A stretch of DNA of 64,000 bases from a virus, in UHGV virus genome UHGV-0277504, one strand, 5' to 3'. The position numbers and the translations under genes were made by a program. How positions within the stretch are numbered: the stretch's first letter is position 1; each line of letters opens with the position of its first letter. A model generated the notes under the pieces. That model saw only the letters and a program-made list of their open reading frames with translations, was not told the origin of the DNA and ran no database searches. Below, piece after piece: positions 39,255 through 48,503 of this stretch.

Positions 39255-40694
39255 CTAAATTTCAATTCCTCCAAAATTATTATTTATAGTTTCTATCTTA
39301 CTTTGTTTTTTATCAAAAGTATTAGGTCTATCTTTACCATTATCTGATAATAATTGTTTATGCTCTGCTTCTTCTTCAGGTGTCTCATCTCTTACACGCA
39401 TTTTACTTGGTTCTACTTTTAAGTGAACAAATCTTTCACCTGTATTTGAACTATTTCGTATTTTATCTAAATAAAGTCTTAAGTAACCGTTTTTAAATTC
39501 TTCATCTTTTTGGTTTACTGCAAGTGCTACTTCCACAGCATTTAATATTTTTCTAGAACCTTCTACATGCTCACTTGTAATAACATCAGCACCGTATGCT
39601 GTTCTATTAGTTTGAGCTAAAGTCCAGCATACAAACTGGTATTGTTGTGCTAATCTTCGAATCTCTTCAAATAATTTACCTCCAGCATCTGATTCTGAAT
39701 AATTTCTTGCATAAGGGTTACGCATCAAATGTGGGTAGTCAATAATTACAACATCAATACGTTTATCGTACTTTATTCTTGTATTTACGATTAACTGTTC
39801 TAAGTCATTAGGGGATACTTGCTGTGGCATGTGTTTAGATAAAAAGTACTCACCAAAGAAAGGTCTATTTTCTTCATATTTCTTTTGTAAAGCTTTATAT
39901 ACATCTTCATTTAATTGCATATTCTCATCAATTAAATGCTTTTTCTCTACACCTAACATTTGTTGCTCTGCTCTTAAAATCATTCTATCCATGTTCTCCT
40001 CTAGTGCTACATATAGAACATTTAAACCAGAACGTACATAGTTCTTAGCTAGATTAGAAGCCATCAATGACTTACCTCTACCTGTGGGAGCCATAACTAA
40101 TCCTACTTCACCTCTAGCAATTCCTCCTTCTATTTGCTCATCAATAGAAGCAAACCCTGTAGAAAATTTATTTTTAGCAATATGCTTTAACTCATGTAAT
40201 TTTTTATCAGTATCTGAAAAGAAATCAATAAACTCACCACTAGTACCAGCAATATCTTTTACTTCTATTTCTTTTAATTTTTCTACAAGTTCTGTTAAAT
40301 TATCAGAATCTTCTTGTTTATTTTCTATAATAAATTTAGTCAAAACATTTTTAGACATTTCTGTTTTAACATATTTATTTATTTCACTATTTATAGAATC
40401 ATCTTCATTATCTAACTTAACTTTTGTTAAGTTATCCATATATTGTATTGTATTAGTAATAGTATCTTCTTCACATTTATTTTTTGTCATTATATCTTCT
40501 ATTTTAATAGCTAATGACTCTGTAGATATATGTTCTGAAGTATGTGATTTTCTTTTTATTGCTGTATAAATATATTTCATTTCCTCAGATTCATCTGAGA
40601 ATAGATGCTTAGGTAGGTTAGTTAAAACCTCTCTAGCAAAATTAATATCATTCATTGATTTATGAAGGATGACTTCCTTTATTCGTTTACTCAA
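39255..40694 (-). CDS. DnaB-like replicative helicase (RecA-fold C-terminal domain; TTG start)
   Basis: GFASIDEQIEGGIARGEVGLVMAPTGRGKSLMASNLA...VALEE matches the DnaB Walker A/B region. Confidence 0.65.
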   Translation of the reverse strand: MSKRIKEVILHKSMNDINFAREVLTNLPKHLFSDESEEMKYIYTAIKRKSHTSEHISTESLAIKIEDIMTKNKCEEDTITNTIQYMDNLTKVKLDNEDDSINSEINKYVKTEMSKNVLTKFIIENKQEDSDNLTELVEKLKEIEVKDIAGTSGEFIDFFSDTDKKLHELKHIAKNKFSTGFASIDEQIEGGIARGEVGLVMAPTGRGKSLMASNLAKNYVRSGLNVLYVALEENMDRMILRAEQQMLGVEKKHLIDENMQLNEDVYKALQKKYEENRPFFGEYFLSKHMPQQVSPNDLEQLIVNTRIKYDKRIDVVIIDYPHLMRNPYARNYSESDAGGKLFEEIRRLAQQYQFVCWTLAQTNRTAYGADVITSEHVEGSRKILNAVEVALAVNQKDEEFKNGYLRLYLDKIRNSSNTGERFVHLKVEPSKMRVRDETPEEEAEHKQLLSDNGKDRPNTFDKKQSKIETINNNFGGIEI

Positions 40695-40876
40695 ATCTTC
40701 TCACTGCTACTAAAAAACATACTTAAATGTATTTAGAAAGTTTCCCCTTTCACTGTGGTTAGTTGTATTTACAACTAGGTCTAAAAACCACTCCCAGAGC
40801 GTTAATTCCGATGTAGCCCACCGTATTTAGTACATTTAAAGTAAGTTACTAATTTTTAGTAACTTTCTCCTTTCTT
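40695..40876 (-). ncRNA. candidate omega-RNA / right-end region of the tnpB element: structured segment directly 3' of tnpB, markedly GC-richer than its surroundings
   Basis: Contains the hairpins AAGTTACTA-AAAAT-TAGTAACTT and AGTTGT-AAAT-ACAACT and G/C-rich blocks (GGTGGGCTACATCGG, GCTCTGGGAGTGG). No ORF. Confidence 0.3.
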
Positions 40877-41983
40877 TTACACTAGTACTGTGTATTCTTT
40901 TGCCTGTTTTAAATTAATACTTGCATTTATATCTCTATCTTCTATTGTACCACAATTTTCACATTTGTAAACTCTTTTATTTAAAGGCATTTTTTGTCTA
41001 TTTCCACACTGGTTACATATCTGACTAGATGGATAAAATCTATCAACTTGCCTTAGCTCTATCCCATATTGATAGCATTTCCACTTCAACCATTCAACAA
41101 TGTAACCTAATCCTATTTGCTGAAAAGCGTTAGACAATCTTTTATTTTTCATCATACCTTTAATATTTAAATTTTCTATAATAATAAATTGTGGGTTTTC
41201 TTGAACAATAGATAGAATATTTTTTCGTTTAATATCTCTCTTTAAATTAGATATTTTTCTGTATAGTCTTTGTACTTTTAATAATTGTTTAAACCAATTA
41301 TTAGATTTCTTTTGTTTTCTACTTAATTTTCTTTGCTGTCTTTTTAATGATTTATTTAGTTTAATAAGTCTTTTGTTCTTTCTTAAATCTGTTATTTTAA
41401 CACCTGAAGGTGTGAACAATGTGTCTTTTAAACCTAAATCTATACCTATTCCTTCTGTTTGAAGTTTCTTAAAGATAATCTTAGGTTCTTCATCAACTAA
41501 AACAGAAACATAGTACCTATCAAATTCTTTTGATATTGTTGCTGACTTTATATTGTGTTTTGGTATATAACCTTTTTCTTTTAATCTTACCCATTTTAAG
41601 TTTGGAAGTTTTATTCTATGTCTTTCTATTTTAATAGTTCCTATTAAGTAGTAAGAACCATTACTTTGTTTTTTCTTAAAATTAGGGTACCCACTATTAT
41701 AATTCCAAAACCTATTATAAGCATTTTCTGCATTTGCCATGGCTTGTTTTATAGCTTTGGTACTCACTTCTTTAGTCCACTTTTTATCTTCATTATTTGG
41801 AATAAATTCATTGTTATACCATACACTAAACTTCATATGATTTAAAAATTTCAAACCATTGTCATAACGAATTTTATTAATTTCTATAAATTTATTATAA
41901 ACACTTCTACAAGCATTAATTGTTTTATTAATTTCTTTTATTTGTTTTTTATTTGGTTTTATCTCTGTTTTATATCGTATCAT
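40877..41983 (-). CDS. tnpB: TnpB RNA-guided endonuclease (IS200/IS605 OrfB), canonical
   Basis: 368 aa. RuvC-I GIDLGL, RuvC-II IIENLNIKGM, zinc finger CNQCG...CENCG, RuvC-III DRDINASINL. No tnpA. Starts 13 nt after the stop of the upstream gene. Confidence 0.85.
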   Translation of the reverse strand: MIRYKTEIKPNKKQIKEINKTINACRSVYNKFIEINKIRYDNGLKFLNHMKFSVWYNNEFIPNNEDKKWTKEVSTKAIKQAMANAENAYNRFWNYNSGYPNFKKKQSNGSYYLIGTIKIERHRIKLPNLKWVRLKEKGYIPKHNIKSATISKEFDRYYVSVLVDEEPKIIFKKLQTEGIGIDLGLKDTLFTPSGVKITDLRKNKRLIKLNKSLKRQQRKLSRKQKKSNNWFKQLLKVQRLYRKISNLKRDIKRKNILSIVQENPQFIIIENLNIKGMMKNKRLSNAFQQIGLGYIVEWLKWKCYQYGIELRQVDRFYPSSQICNQCGNRQKMPLNKRVYKCENCGTIEDRDINASINLKQAKEYTVLV

Positions 41984-41996
41984 AATTACTCATCTC

Positions 41997-43610
41997 TTAT
42001 TGATAACCACTCTCTCTTTTCAATCTATTATAATCTAGCATACCATAAGAAGTTAATGGAATCAAGTCCTCTAAGTTATATTTAGTTAAAATATGTTTAA
42101 CATCTTTGATATTTACTTCATAACCCATGAAGTCAGCAAACATTCTCAAAACATAATAGGTAGAACTATTCTTACTAAGTACAAGGTAGTCATAAGCTAC
42201 TGAAGTAAGATTTGAAATATCTTGCTTAGTTAAATTTATTAAGTCTGCATTATCAGATACTAATCCTATGTTAATTAAATTATCTTTTAATGGGATATTA
42301 TTAAGTTCTAATTCTGATATTATATGGTGTCTTTGCATAGGGAATAAAGAAGTACGTACATTACTTGAAAAACTAGTTGGTGCATACTCATTAATAATAA
42401 GTTGCTTAACAAATTTATTAATTACTTTTGCTTCTTCTTTTTCCATATCTTTAATTGATTTATCTACTTTATCACTAAAGTTTAATAAAGTCAAGTGTTT
42501 ATTATCTCTTACAAAACCGAATTCTAAATCCTCTAAATCTAATGCTTTTTCAAACATTGTGTCAATATCATGTATTTCATCATTTAATTTTGACATATAC
42601 ATTTGCTGTAACTGATTTAATGCTGGATTATTCTTATATATAGTTGAATCTACTAATAACTCAGTATCTCCTAAATGTCTCTGTGTGTTATTTACATTTT
42701 TCTTTATAGTATCTATATATTTATAGTATTGTTCAAAATATTTATCAGAATTAAAATAATTAGGCATAGGAATATTTATACTAGAATTTGTATTTTCATA
42801 CACATAAGATACATTATTAAATACATTTTGCATATAAAGAAAAACATTAAAATTATTTAAATCTTTTATTTTATTATAAAAATTATAGAAAGTGTTAAAT
42901 GTTTTACTACCAAAGAAATTATCGGATACACTATTTTTAGATAAAAATACAACTAATTGATTTTTATAAAACTCTATATACTTTTTATGATGTTTTACTT
43001 GGTATGGTTCTAAGTCATTTTTTTCTATTCTTCTTTCATGAAAATCTCGTCTAGCGTTCATGTGTGCTATACAATACGTATCATAGAGTTTGCATAATAT
43101 ATAAGCTTTATAAAACCCTTCAGGGTCATAAGACATATTAAATACTTCTTTAGAAGGATAATTCATATTGCTTAGCTCTAAATTCATATCTAGTATAATA
43201 CGTCTATTCTTATCTTTGATAGCCTTATATTTTGCCATCTCTTGTTTAGTTCGTCTTCTATTTTCTTTTCTTTGATAAGTATATGTAGGGAAGTGTTTAT
43301 CTCTTAAATCTTTAGCATATTTCTGTGCTGATTGTATAATATTATCGTTACTCTTATTAAATTCTACAAGGTCTTCTGTATTAAATCTCTCTTTAATAAG
43401 TGTAATAACAATACCACCGTTGTGACCTTTTTTAGTAGCTACTGCTATTTTATTCTCTTCTTCTAATTTTTTAAGATTGTTATTAATAGTTGATACAGAT
43501 ACACCTACTGATTCAGCTATTTTTTTCTTTGTTGATATAGTAAATATATTGTCTTTAGAATTAGATTCTAAATAGTCTAGTAGTTTTCTTTTTGTCTTAA
43601 CACTTCCCAT
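41997..43610 (-). CDS. hypothetical protein with an N-terminal winged-HTH (Rep-like position in the replication module)
   Basis: IAESVGVSVSTINNNLKKLEEENKI HTH. The rest is N/Y/K-rich with no recognised motif. Confidence 0.4.
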   Translation of the reverse strand: MGSVKTKRKLLDYLESNSKDNIFTISTKKKIAESVGVSVSTINNNLKKLEEENKIAVATKKGHNGGIVITLIKERFNTEDLVEFNKSNDNIIQSAQKYAKDLRDKHFPTYTYQRKENRRRTKQEMAKYKAIKDKNRRIILDMNLELSNMNYPSKEVFNMSYDPEGFYKAYILCKLYDTYCIAHMNARRDFHERRIEKNDLEPYQVKHHKKYIEFYKNQLVVFLSKNSVSDNFFGSKTFNTFYNFYNKIKDLNNFNVFLYMQNVFNNVSYVYENTNSSINIPMPNYFNSDKYFEQYYKYIDTIKKNVNNTQRHLGDTELLVDSTIYKNNPALNQLQQMYMSKLNDEIHDIDTMFEKALDLEDLEFGFVRDNKHLTLLNFSDKVDKSIKDMEKEEAKVINKFVKQLIINEYAPTSFSSNVRTSLFPMQRHHIISELELNNIPLKDNLINIGLVSDNADLINLTKQDISNLTSVAYDYLVLSKNSSTYYVLRMFADFMGYEVNIKDVKHILTKYNLEDLIPLTSYGMLDYNRLKRESGYQ

Positions 43611-43625
43611 AATACTTATCCTTCC

Positions 43626-46600
43626 TTACATTTTTCTAATTTCAAATTCTTCTTCCTTATAAATTTTCTCACGCTCTTTTGAATGGTGGAATAAAAATCT
43701 ATTAGTCATATCTGCAAAATCATAAATTTGTGTTGTATTATCATCTTTCTTTTTACGTAAAGCACGACCTACACGTTGTAATACTTGTCTTAATGATTTA
43801 CCACCTGCTCCTAGTATAAGTGAGTTAATACCTGAAATATCTACACCCTCATCTATTAAGCTTGTAGCAATCATTACTTTTAATTTACCGCTACGCATAT
43901 CATTTAGTTTTTGTTTACGTATCTCAGAATCAACTTCACCATGTAAAAAATAATGTTCTACATTTAAACCATCTAGTAATTCCGATATATTATTTCCATG
44001 GTCTATAAAGTTTACTATAATAAGTATCCCTTTGTCCTCATTATACCACTTCTCTGTTAATTTTGCAATAAGTTTATTCCTAAAATTATTATTTATTATA
44101 CCTTTCTCATAAGCAACTCGATACTCATCTATATTATCAATATCATTAGGGTTGGCTATAGGTATAATATTTATTGTAGGTTTAGCTGAATGACCTTCTT
44201 CTATAAGTTGTTTATTCGTTACTCTAGATATAACATCTCCGAATAAACCTTGCATACGCATCCACAAAAGCTCATCTTTTTTATCAATGGAGCCTGTTAA
44301 AGCTATTCTATATAACGCATTTTCACAAGTCATTAAATTGTTATACCAAGTATCTGATTTTGAGTGATGTGCTTCATCTACAATCATAACCGTTATAGTA
44401 TCTAAAAACTCACGCATACGATGATACTTATCATATTTTTTCTTATTCTTATTTCTTACTATATTTTGAAAGTTAGCGTTATGATTTTTTAATCTCATAA
44501 GCACTTCATTGTCATTCTTACAAGATTTATAAATACCGATAAGTTCATCTTTAACCGTTTGTTCTACTTTGGTTTTTGGTATAAAATTATCTAATAACAT
44601 ACCTAGTAGTTTCTTCTGGTTTGTACCTCCTTCAAACTTAGGTAAAAACTCAGTAGCAATCTTCTTACTTATATTCTGTTTAGGTGTTAGTTTAACGCCT
44701 TGTGTAGGGTCTTTAAGGTTAGCGTTAAGTGTAGGTACCATAACAACTGTTACTTGCTGTATATTAAATTGACCTGCTCCTACTTTACCTATAGGTATAT
44801 TTAATCTTTGCTTTAATCTATCTGCTGATTGATGAAAAATTTCTGTAGAACCTGTAAAGAAAGCTATTCTTTCTCCTCTTTCTAATTGAGGTAATAGTTG
44901 GTCTATAATACCACTAGCAATCTCGGTATTATGATTAACAACTGTATTAGAAATAAAACTATGTGTTTTTGGCATACATACATCGAATGTAGGTATAATC
45001 TCCTCTTCTAATACTTGTTCTACTTTCTGGTAATAGATATTCTTATCTGTTATACTTTCAAAAAGTTCTTTAATTTCCTTATCTCCGTCAGGGTATAATG
45101 CTACTACTTCTCTAAGTTTATCAATAGTAATAGTGTCTCTTGAAAGATACTTACTAAATTCTTTTTTATCTATATTTAAAGAATCTCTATATTTTTTTAG
45201 TAAATAACGTGACCCTTCTATAGTGTTTCCATAAGAACTTTTAATTTTTGTACCAATAGATAGGAAGTTCTCTTTTTGAGTTTTTCTTTGTTGTGTTTCG
45301 AATCTTAATAAAGGTAATAATTTAATTAATTCTTTTCTATTAACTATAAGTCTATAATAGTTATTGTGTTTGTATTTTTTAACTACTTTTTCTTTACTAG
45401 TTGATACAATCCCTATATTAGAAAGAATAAGTTGTAAGTCTTTTATTAAATCTTTAGAAGCACTCGTAACTTCTAAGTTCTTTTCTGATATGCTGGACTC
45501 ACATTCTAAGTAACCACTTACAAATGCTAATTGAATATTTTCAGGGGCTTCCATAATACACTTAGGTATTCTTTTATCTTTTGCTACTCCATATTCAATT
45601 TTATATTTATCGTGAAATTCCCTAGTTTTTATTGTATCATGTAAGTGTATAGTTATACCTTTAGATTCTTTATGTGTATCATAATAAACTTCCTTATTAC
45701 TGAAAGTATTCCAGAATTTAGAAACTTTATCTAGTATCTCTTTTTTATCGTTAGAAAATGACAAACGACTGTAAGAACCTAAATAACTGTCAGCTACCAT
45801 ACAACCTAATGCATAGGCTTCCTCTTCATTTTCTACGGTATTGTTGTTACCAAATTGACGGTCTCCTACTCTAGATACTAAAATATCTCCGACTTCAATA
45901 TCTTCACTTTTTTTCCATTTAAGATTAAAACCCTCTCTAACTAATAAGGGGTGATTATAAGTATTAACTAACTCAATACCTTTATTAGTTTTTATTCTCT
46001 TTGTAGGTTTTTCTCCATTCTTAGTAAAATGACTAGTATACTCAACTTCACCATAACGATTTATTAATGGGTATTTTAATTCTATGACTTTTTCTTTATT
46101 ATCTACTTTAACTCCCTGAGTTTCAAAAATCTCTTGAAGAGACTTATACCCTTCTGTAGTTAAAATCATAGAATCCATAGAAATACATTTACCTCCGTTT
46201 GTACTTATATGAAGTATACCGTTAAAGTAAGTTAAACTATTGAATACAGCATCGTATTGGTAATCTCTTAAAGTTATTTGACCTACATTATCATCTAGTA
46301 AATTAATTTCCTTATCTATGTCTTCTTCAGCTAAGAAACTCTCATCACGTTCATCAGTTATTCCATATTGAAAATTATATCTAGACTGTAGCTCTCCTAA
46401 TAACTCTTGTACTTTAAATAGTAGTCCTGTAGGGAATCTATCTCTATCGTACTCATAGAAATCTATATAACCATCCCACTGACCTCTTTTATACGCTGGA
46501 CTATATTGAAACCCTTCCTGTCTTGCACCTAATGTTGTGTGCATCCTTTTTAAAATAATATCTTTTAAATAACTATCTCCCTCCTCAAATTCTATATAAG

Positions 46601-46628
46601 TATATAAGTTTTTAACATGTAATTTCAT
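43626..46628 (-). CDS. SF2 (DEAH-type) DNA helicase precursor, interrupted by an intein in the P-loop
   Basis: Exteins: ...GILHISTNGGK | TEIASGIID..., VMIVDEAHH (motif II), QRVGRALR (motif VI). Precursor 1000 aa. Mature helicase about 580 aa. Confidence 0.75.
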   Translation of the reverse strand: MKLHVKNLYTYIEFEEGDSYLKDIILKRMHTTLGARQEGFQYSPAYKRGQWDGYIDFYEYDRDRFPTGLLFKVQELLGELQSRYNFQYGITDERDESFLAEEDIDKEINLLDDNVGQITLRDYQYDAVFNSLTYFNGILHISTNGGKCISMDSMILTTEGYKSLQEIFETQGVKVDNKEKVIELKYPLINRYGEVEYTSHFTKNGEKPTKRIKTNKGIELVNTYNHPLLVREGFNLKWKKSEDIEVGDILVSRVGDRQFGNNNTVENEEEAYALGCMVADSYLGSYSRLSFSNDKKEILDKVSKFWNTFSNKEVYYDTHKESKGITIHLHDTIKTREFHDKYKIEYGVAKDKRIPKCIMEAPENIQLAFVSGYLECESSISEKNLEVTSASKDLIKDLQLILSNIGIVSTSKEKVVKKYKHNNYYRLIVNRKELIKLLPLLRFETQQRKTQKENFLSIGTKIKSSYGNTIEGSRYLLKKYRDSLNIDKKEFSKYLSRDTITIDKLREVVALYPDGDKEIKELFESITDKNIYYQKVEQVLEEEIIPTFDVCMPKTHSFISNTVVNHNTEIASGIIDQLLPQLERGERIAFFTGSTEIFHQSADRLKQRLNIPIGKVGAGQFNIQQVTVVMVPTLNANLKDPTQGVKLTPKQNISKKIATEFLPKFEGGTNQKKLLGMLLDNFIPKTKVEQTVKDELIGIYKSCKNDNEVLMRLKNHNANFQNIVRNKNKKKYDKYHRMREFLDTITVMIVDEAHHSKSDTWYNNLMTCENALYRIALTGSIDKKDELLWMRMQGLFGDVISRVTNKQLIEEGHSAKPTINIIPIANPNDIDNIDEYRVAYEKGIINNNFRNKLIAKLTEKWYNEDKGILIIVNFIDHGNNISELLDGLNVEHYFLHGEVDSEIRKQKLNDMRSGKLKVMIATSLIDEGVDISGINSLILGAGGKSLRQVLQRVGRALRKKKDDNTTQIYDFADMTNRFLFHHSKEREKIYKEEEFEIRKM
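44928..46187 (-). mobile_element. intein (420 aa) with a LAGLIDADG homing-endonuclease domain, inserted between K and T of Walker A
   Basis: Starts CISMDSMIL. LAGLIDADG blocks LGCMVADSY and SGYLECESS. Ends ...VVNHN followed by Thr. Confidence 0.7.
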
Positions 46629-46660
46629 ATTAATCTCCTCACATACCTTACACTTGTTTT

Positions 46661-46689
46661 ATTATAGCACAAATAGTAATAAATTGCAA
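46661..46689 (-). promoter_or_regulatory. promoter TTGCAA-17-TGcTATAAT for the helicase. The leader contains AAACAAGTGTAAGG.
   Basis: Minus strand: -35 at 46689..46684, -10 at 46666..46661, motif at 46659..46646, GAGGAG RBS. Confidence 0.45.
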
Positions 46690-46721
46690 ATAAAAAAAGA
46701 CTAAGTTTTTAACTTAGTCTT
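46690..46721 (-). terminator. rho-independent terminator overlapping the stop codon of the 46720..48090 gene
   Basis: AAGACTAAGTT-loop-AACTTAGTCTT stem followed by a U7 run on the minus strand. Confidence 0.6.
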
Positions 46722-48090
46722 AAATAGATAATCCAACTACTCGTTTAATGTATTGATTTTTATTATTATTTACTGCACTATCTTTAATAGTCCAAGTATC
46801 TCCTGAAATAGTTAATGTTACTCTGTAGTATTCTACACCTATTCTATCAGGGTCTCCCGATACATAAGAGCCTGAGCATACATAAATACCGTCACCATCG
46901 ACATAAAACTTGTGGCAAAGTGTTCCTGTTTTATCCGTACCTTTTGTGTTCTGTAATGCTCTGTATCGAGTATATATCTCTACATAGTTATAGTTGTCAA
47001 TACTATCTGTCATTTGTTCTTTTTTATTTGTGTCTTTAAAATTATGTGTTCCAGTCCATAGCTCTTTCATTATAGGATACTTTTGAGATTCATTCCAACT
47101 ACTATTCGTTACAGTACCTGTATATAACCTTCCACCATTAGATATAGCATAATATACACCATATCCAAAATCATCTTCTGAAGCACTAGAAATAAATAAC
47201 CCTCTACAAGAATCTGACCCCGCAGGGTTTCCTACTACGCCACCTTGACAATAAAATGTTAAAACATGCTGATTAGTTCTTGTTACGTAATCTTGTATAA
47301 AGTTACCAAAAGATTTATTATCTGATACTTTAATACCTATGTTAGTACCTTTAACAGCTAAGTTATCATCTACATCGGACAGTAAAAAAGGTTTTAAATC
47401 TTTTACTTCTATTTGTGATTTCCAATTTAATGTACCTGAACCGTTACTATTACTAGTATATATCTTATTAGTTTCATTGTCAACATAAATAAATACTTTT
47501 CCATAATATTCTGATGATACAACTGATATTAAACCAGAACCAGCTCTTACAGGTAAATTAGAGCCTCTGAATATAAAATGTGTTCCTGGTGTATCAATAT
47601 CTAGTACATCTATATTAGCATATGTTCTACTTTTGTTTCCTGGGAGTAACACATTATGTTGCCAGTTAGAAGCTGTTGTATTATTAACATATCTATACAC
47701 CGAACTTAATTCTGTATCAGAGAAGCTAATAGTATATAACTGCTGTACAATTACAGCTGTACCTGTTGTATATACTGGGTATACAACTAAAAGTGCATCA
47801 CGAGGTGCTACTGTAGGTCTGTCAGGAACTCTTTGTAGTACACTTTGATGGATATAATAATATCCAGGTTCTTTAATATCATGAAGGAAACTAATACTAT
47901 TAGGTCTTTTAGCTCCACCTGAATCATTAGTTAATTTAACTTTCTGTGACTTATTAATGTCTGTGGTTAAGTCATCAGTTACTTCAAATATATTGTCTGA
48001 CTTAGTTAACTCAAGCCCAATATTATTAACTTGAGTTGTTAAGTCTTTCAATGTATGTTTATCTGTTATTTGTGTAAATTGTAAGGACAT
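46720..48090 (-). CDS. putative tail fibre / receptor-binding protein (456 aa)
   Basis: Position in the tail module. G/S/T/N-rich beta-type composition. No specific motif. Confidence 0.35.
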   Translation of the reverse strand: MSLQFTQITDKHTLKDLTTQVNNIGLELTKSDNIFEVTDDLTTDINKSQKVKLTNDSGGAKRPNSISFLHDIKEPGYYYIHQSVLQRVPDRPTVAPRDALLVVYPVYTTGTAVIVQQLYTISFSDTELSSVYRYVNNTTASNWQHNVLLPGNKSRTYANIDVLDIDTPGTHFIFRGSNLPVRAGSGLISVVSSEYYGKVFIYVDNETNKIYTSNSNGSGTLNWKSQIEVKDLKPFLLSDVDDNLAVKGTNIGIKVSDNKSFGNFIQDYVTRTNQHVLTFYCQGGVVGNPAGSDSCRGLFISSASEDDFGYGVYYAISNGGRLYTGTVTNSSWNESQKYPIMKELWTGTHNFKDTNKKEQMTDSIDNYNYVEIYTRYRALQNTKGTDKTGTLCHKFYVDGDGIYVCSGSYVSGDPDRIGVEYYRVTLTISGDTWTIKDSAVNNNKNQYIKRVVGLSI

Positions 48091-48096
48091 TATTAT

Positions 48097-48501
48097 CTAC
48101 CCTTTCTGTCCTAATAATTGTTTTAATAACTCTAATGTTTGTTCTTGTGTTTTCTTAATCTCATCTAATTGACTTTTTAACTCTTCATAATCTTTTCTAG
48201 GAACATAACCATTAGGTACTGAACTATAAGAGTCCCCGTCATCATCATCTTCTACATTTCTTTTTACTGGAACATAATCAGGGTTATACTCTACCTTATC
48301 TGTATCTCTATAATATGCAAACCTGCCTGAAGAGAATTCATTAAAGAAGTTTTCTGGTAATTGACTTCGTTTTAAAAGAGCATTGTTAATGCTGGAAGGG
48401 TCATACCCTCCTTCTAAAGTATAAGCTAAAACCACATCTCCTTTTAAATGTAAAACTATTTCTTCACTATTAATAATGTAAATTCCCATATGCTTTTTCA
48501 C
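48097..48501 (-). CDS. hypothetical protein (134 aa), possible tail-fibre assembly/chaperone
   Basis: Small gene downstream of a fibre-like gene. Inferred only. Confidence 0.3.
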   Translation of the reverse strand: MKKHMGIYIINSEEIVLHLKGDVVLAYTLEGGYDPSSINNALLKRSQLPENFFNEFSSGRFAYYRDTDKVEYNPDYVPVKRNVEDDDDGDSYSSVPNGYVPRKDYEELKSQLDEIKKTQEQTLELLKQLLGQKG

Positions 48502-48503
48502 TC

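Noticed and set aside
40084-40569. Plus-strand ORFs, for example 40084..40569 (161 aa), 17081..17461, 19314..19586, 36057..36299 and all other '+' ORFs in the track
   Set aside because: Every one lies antisense to a minus-strand gene with clear homology-type motifs. Their translations are low-complexity S/L/I/F-rich strings typical of reading AT-rich coding DNA backwards. No RBS or promoter context.
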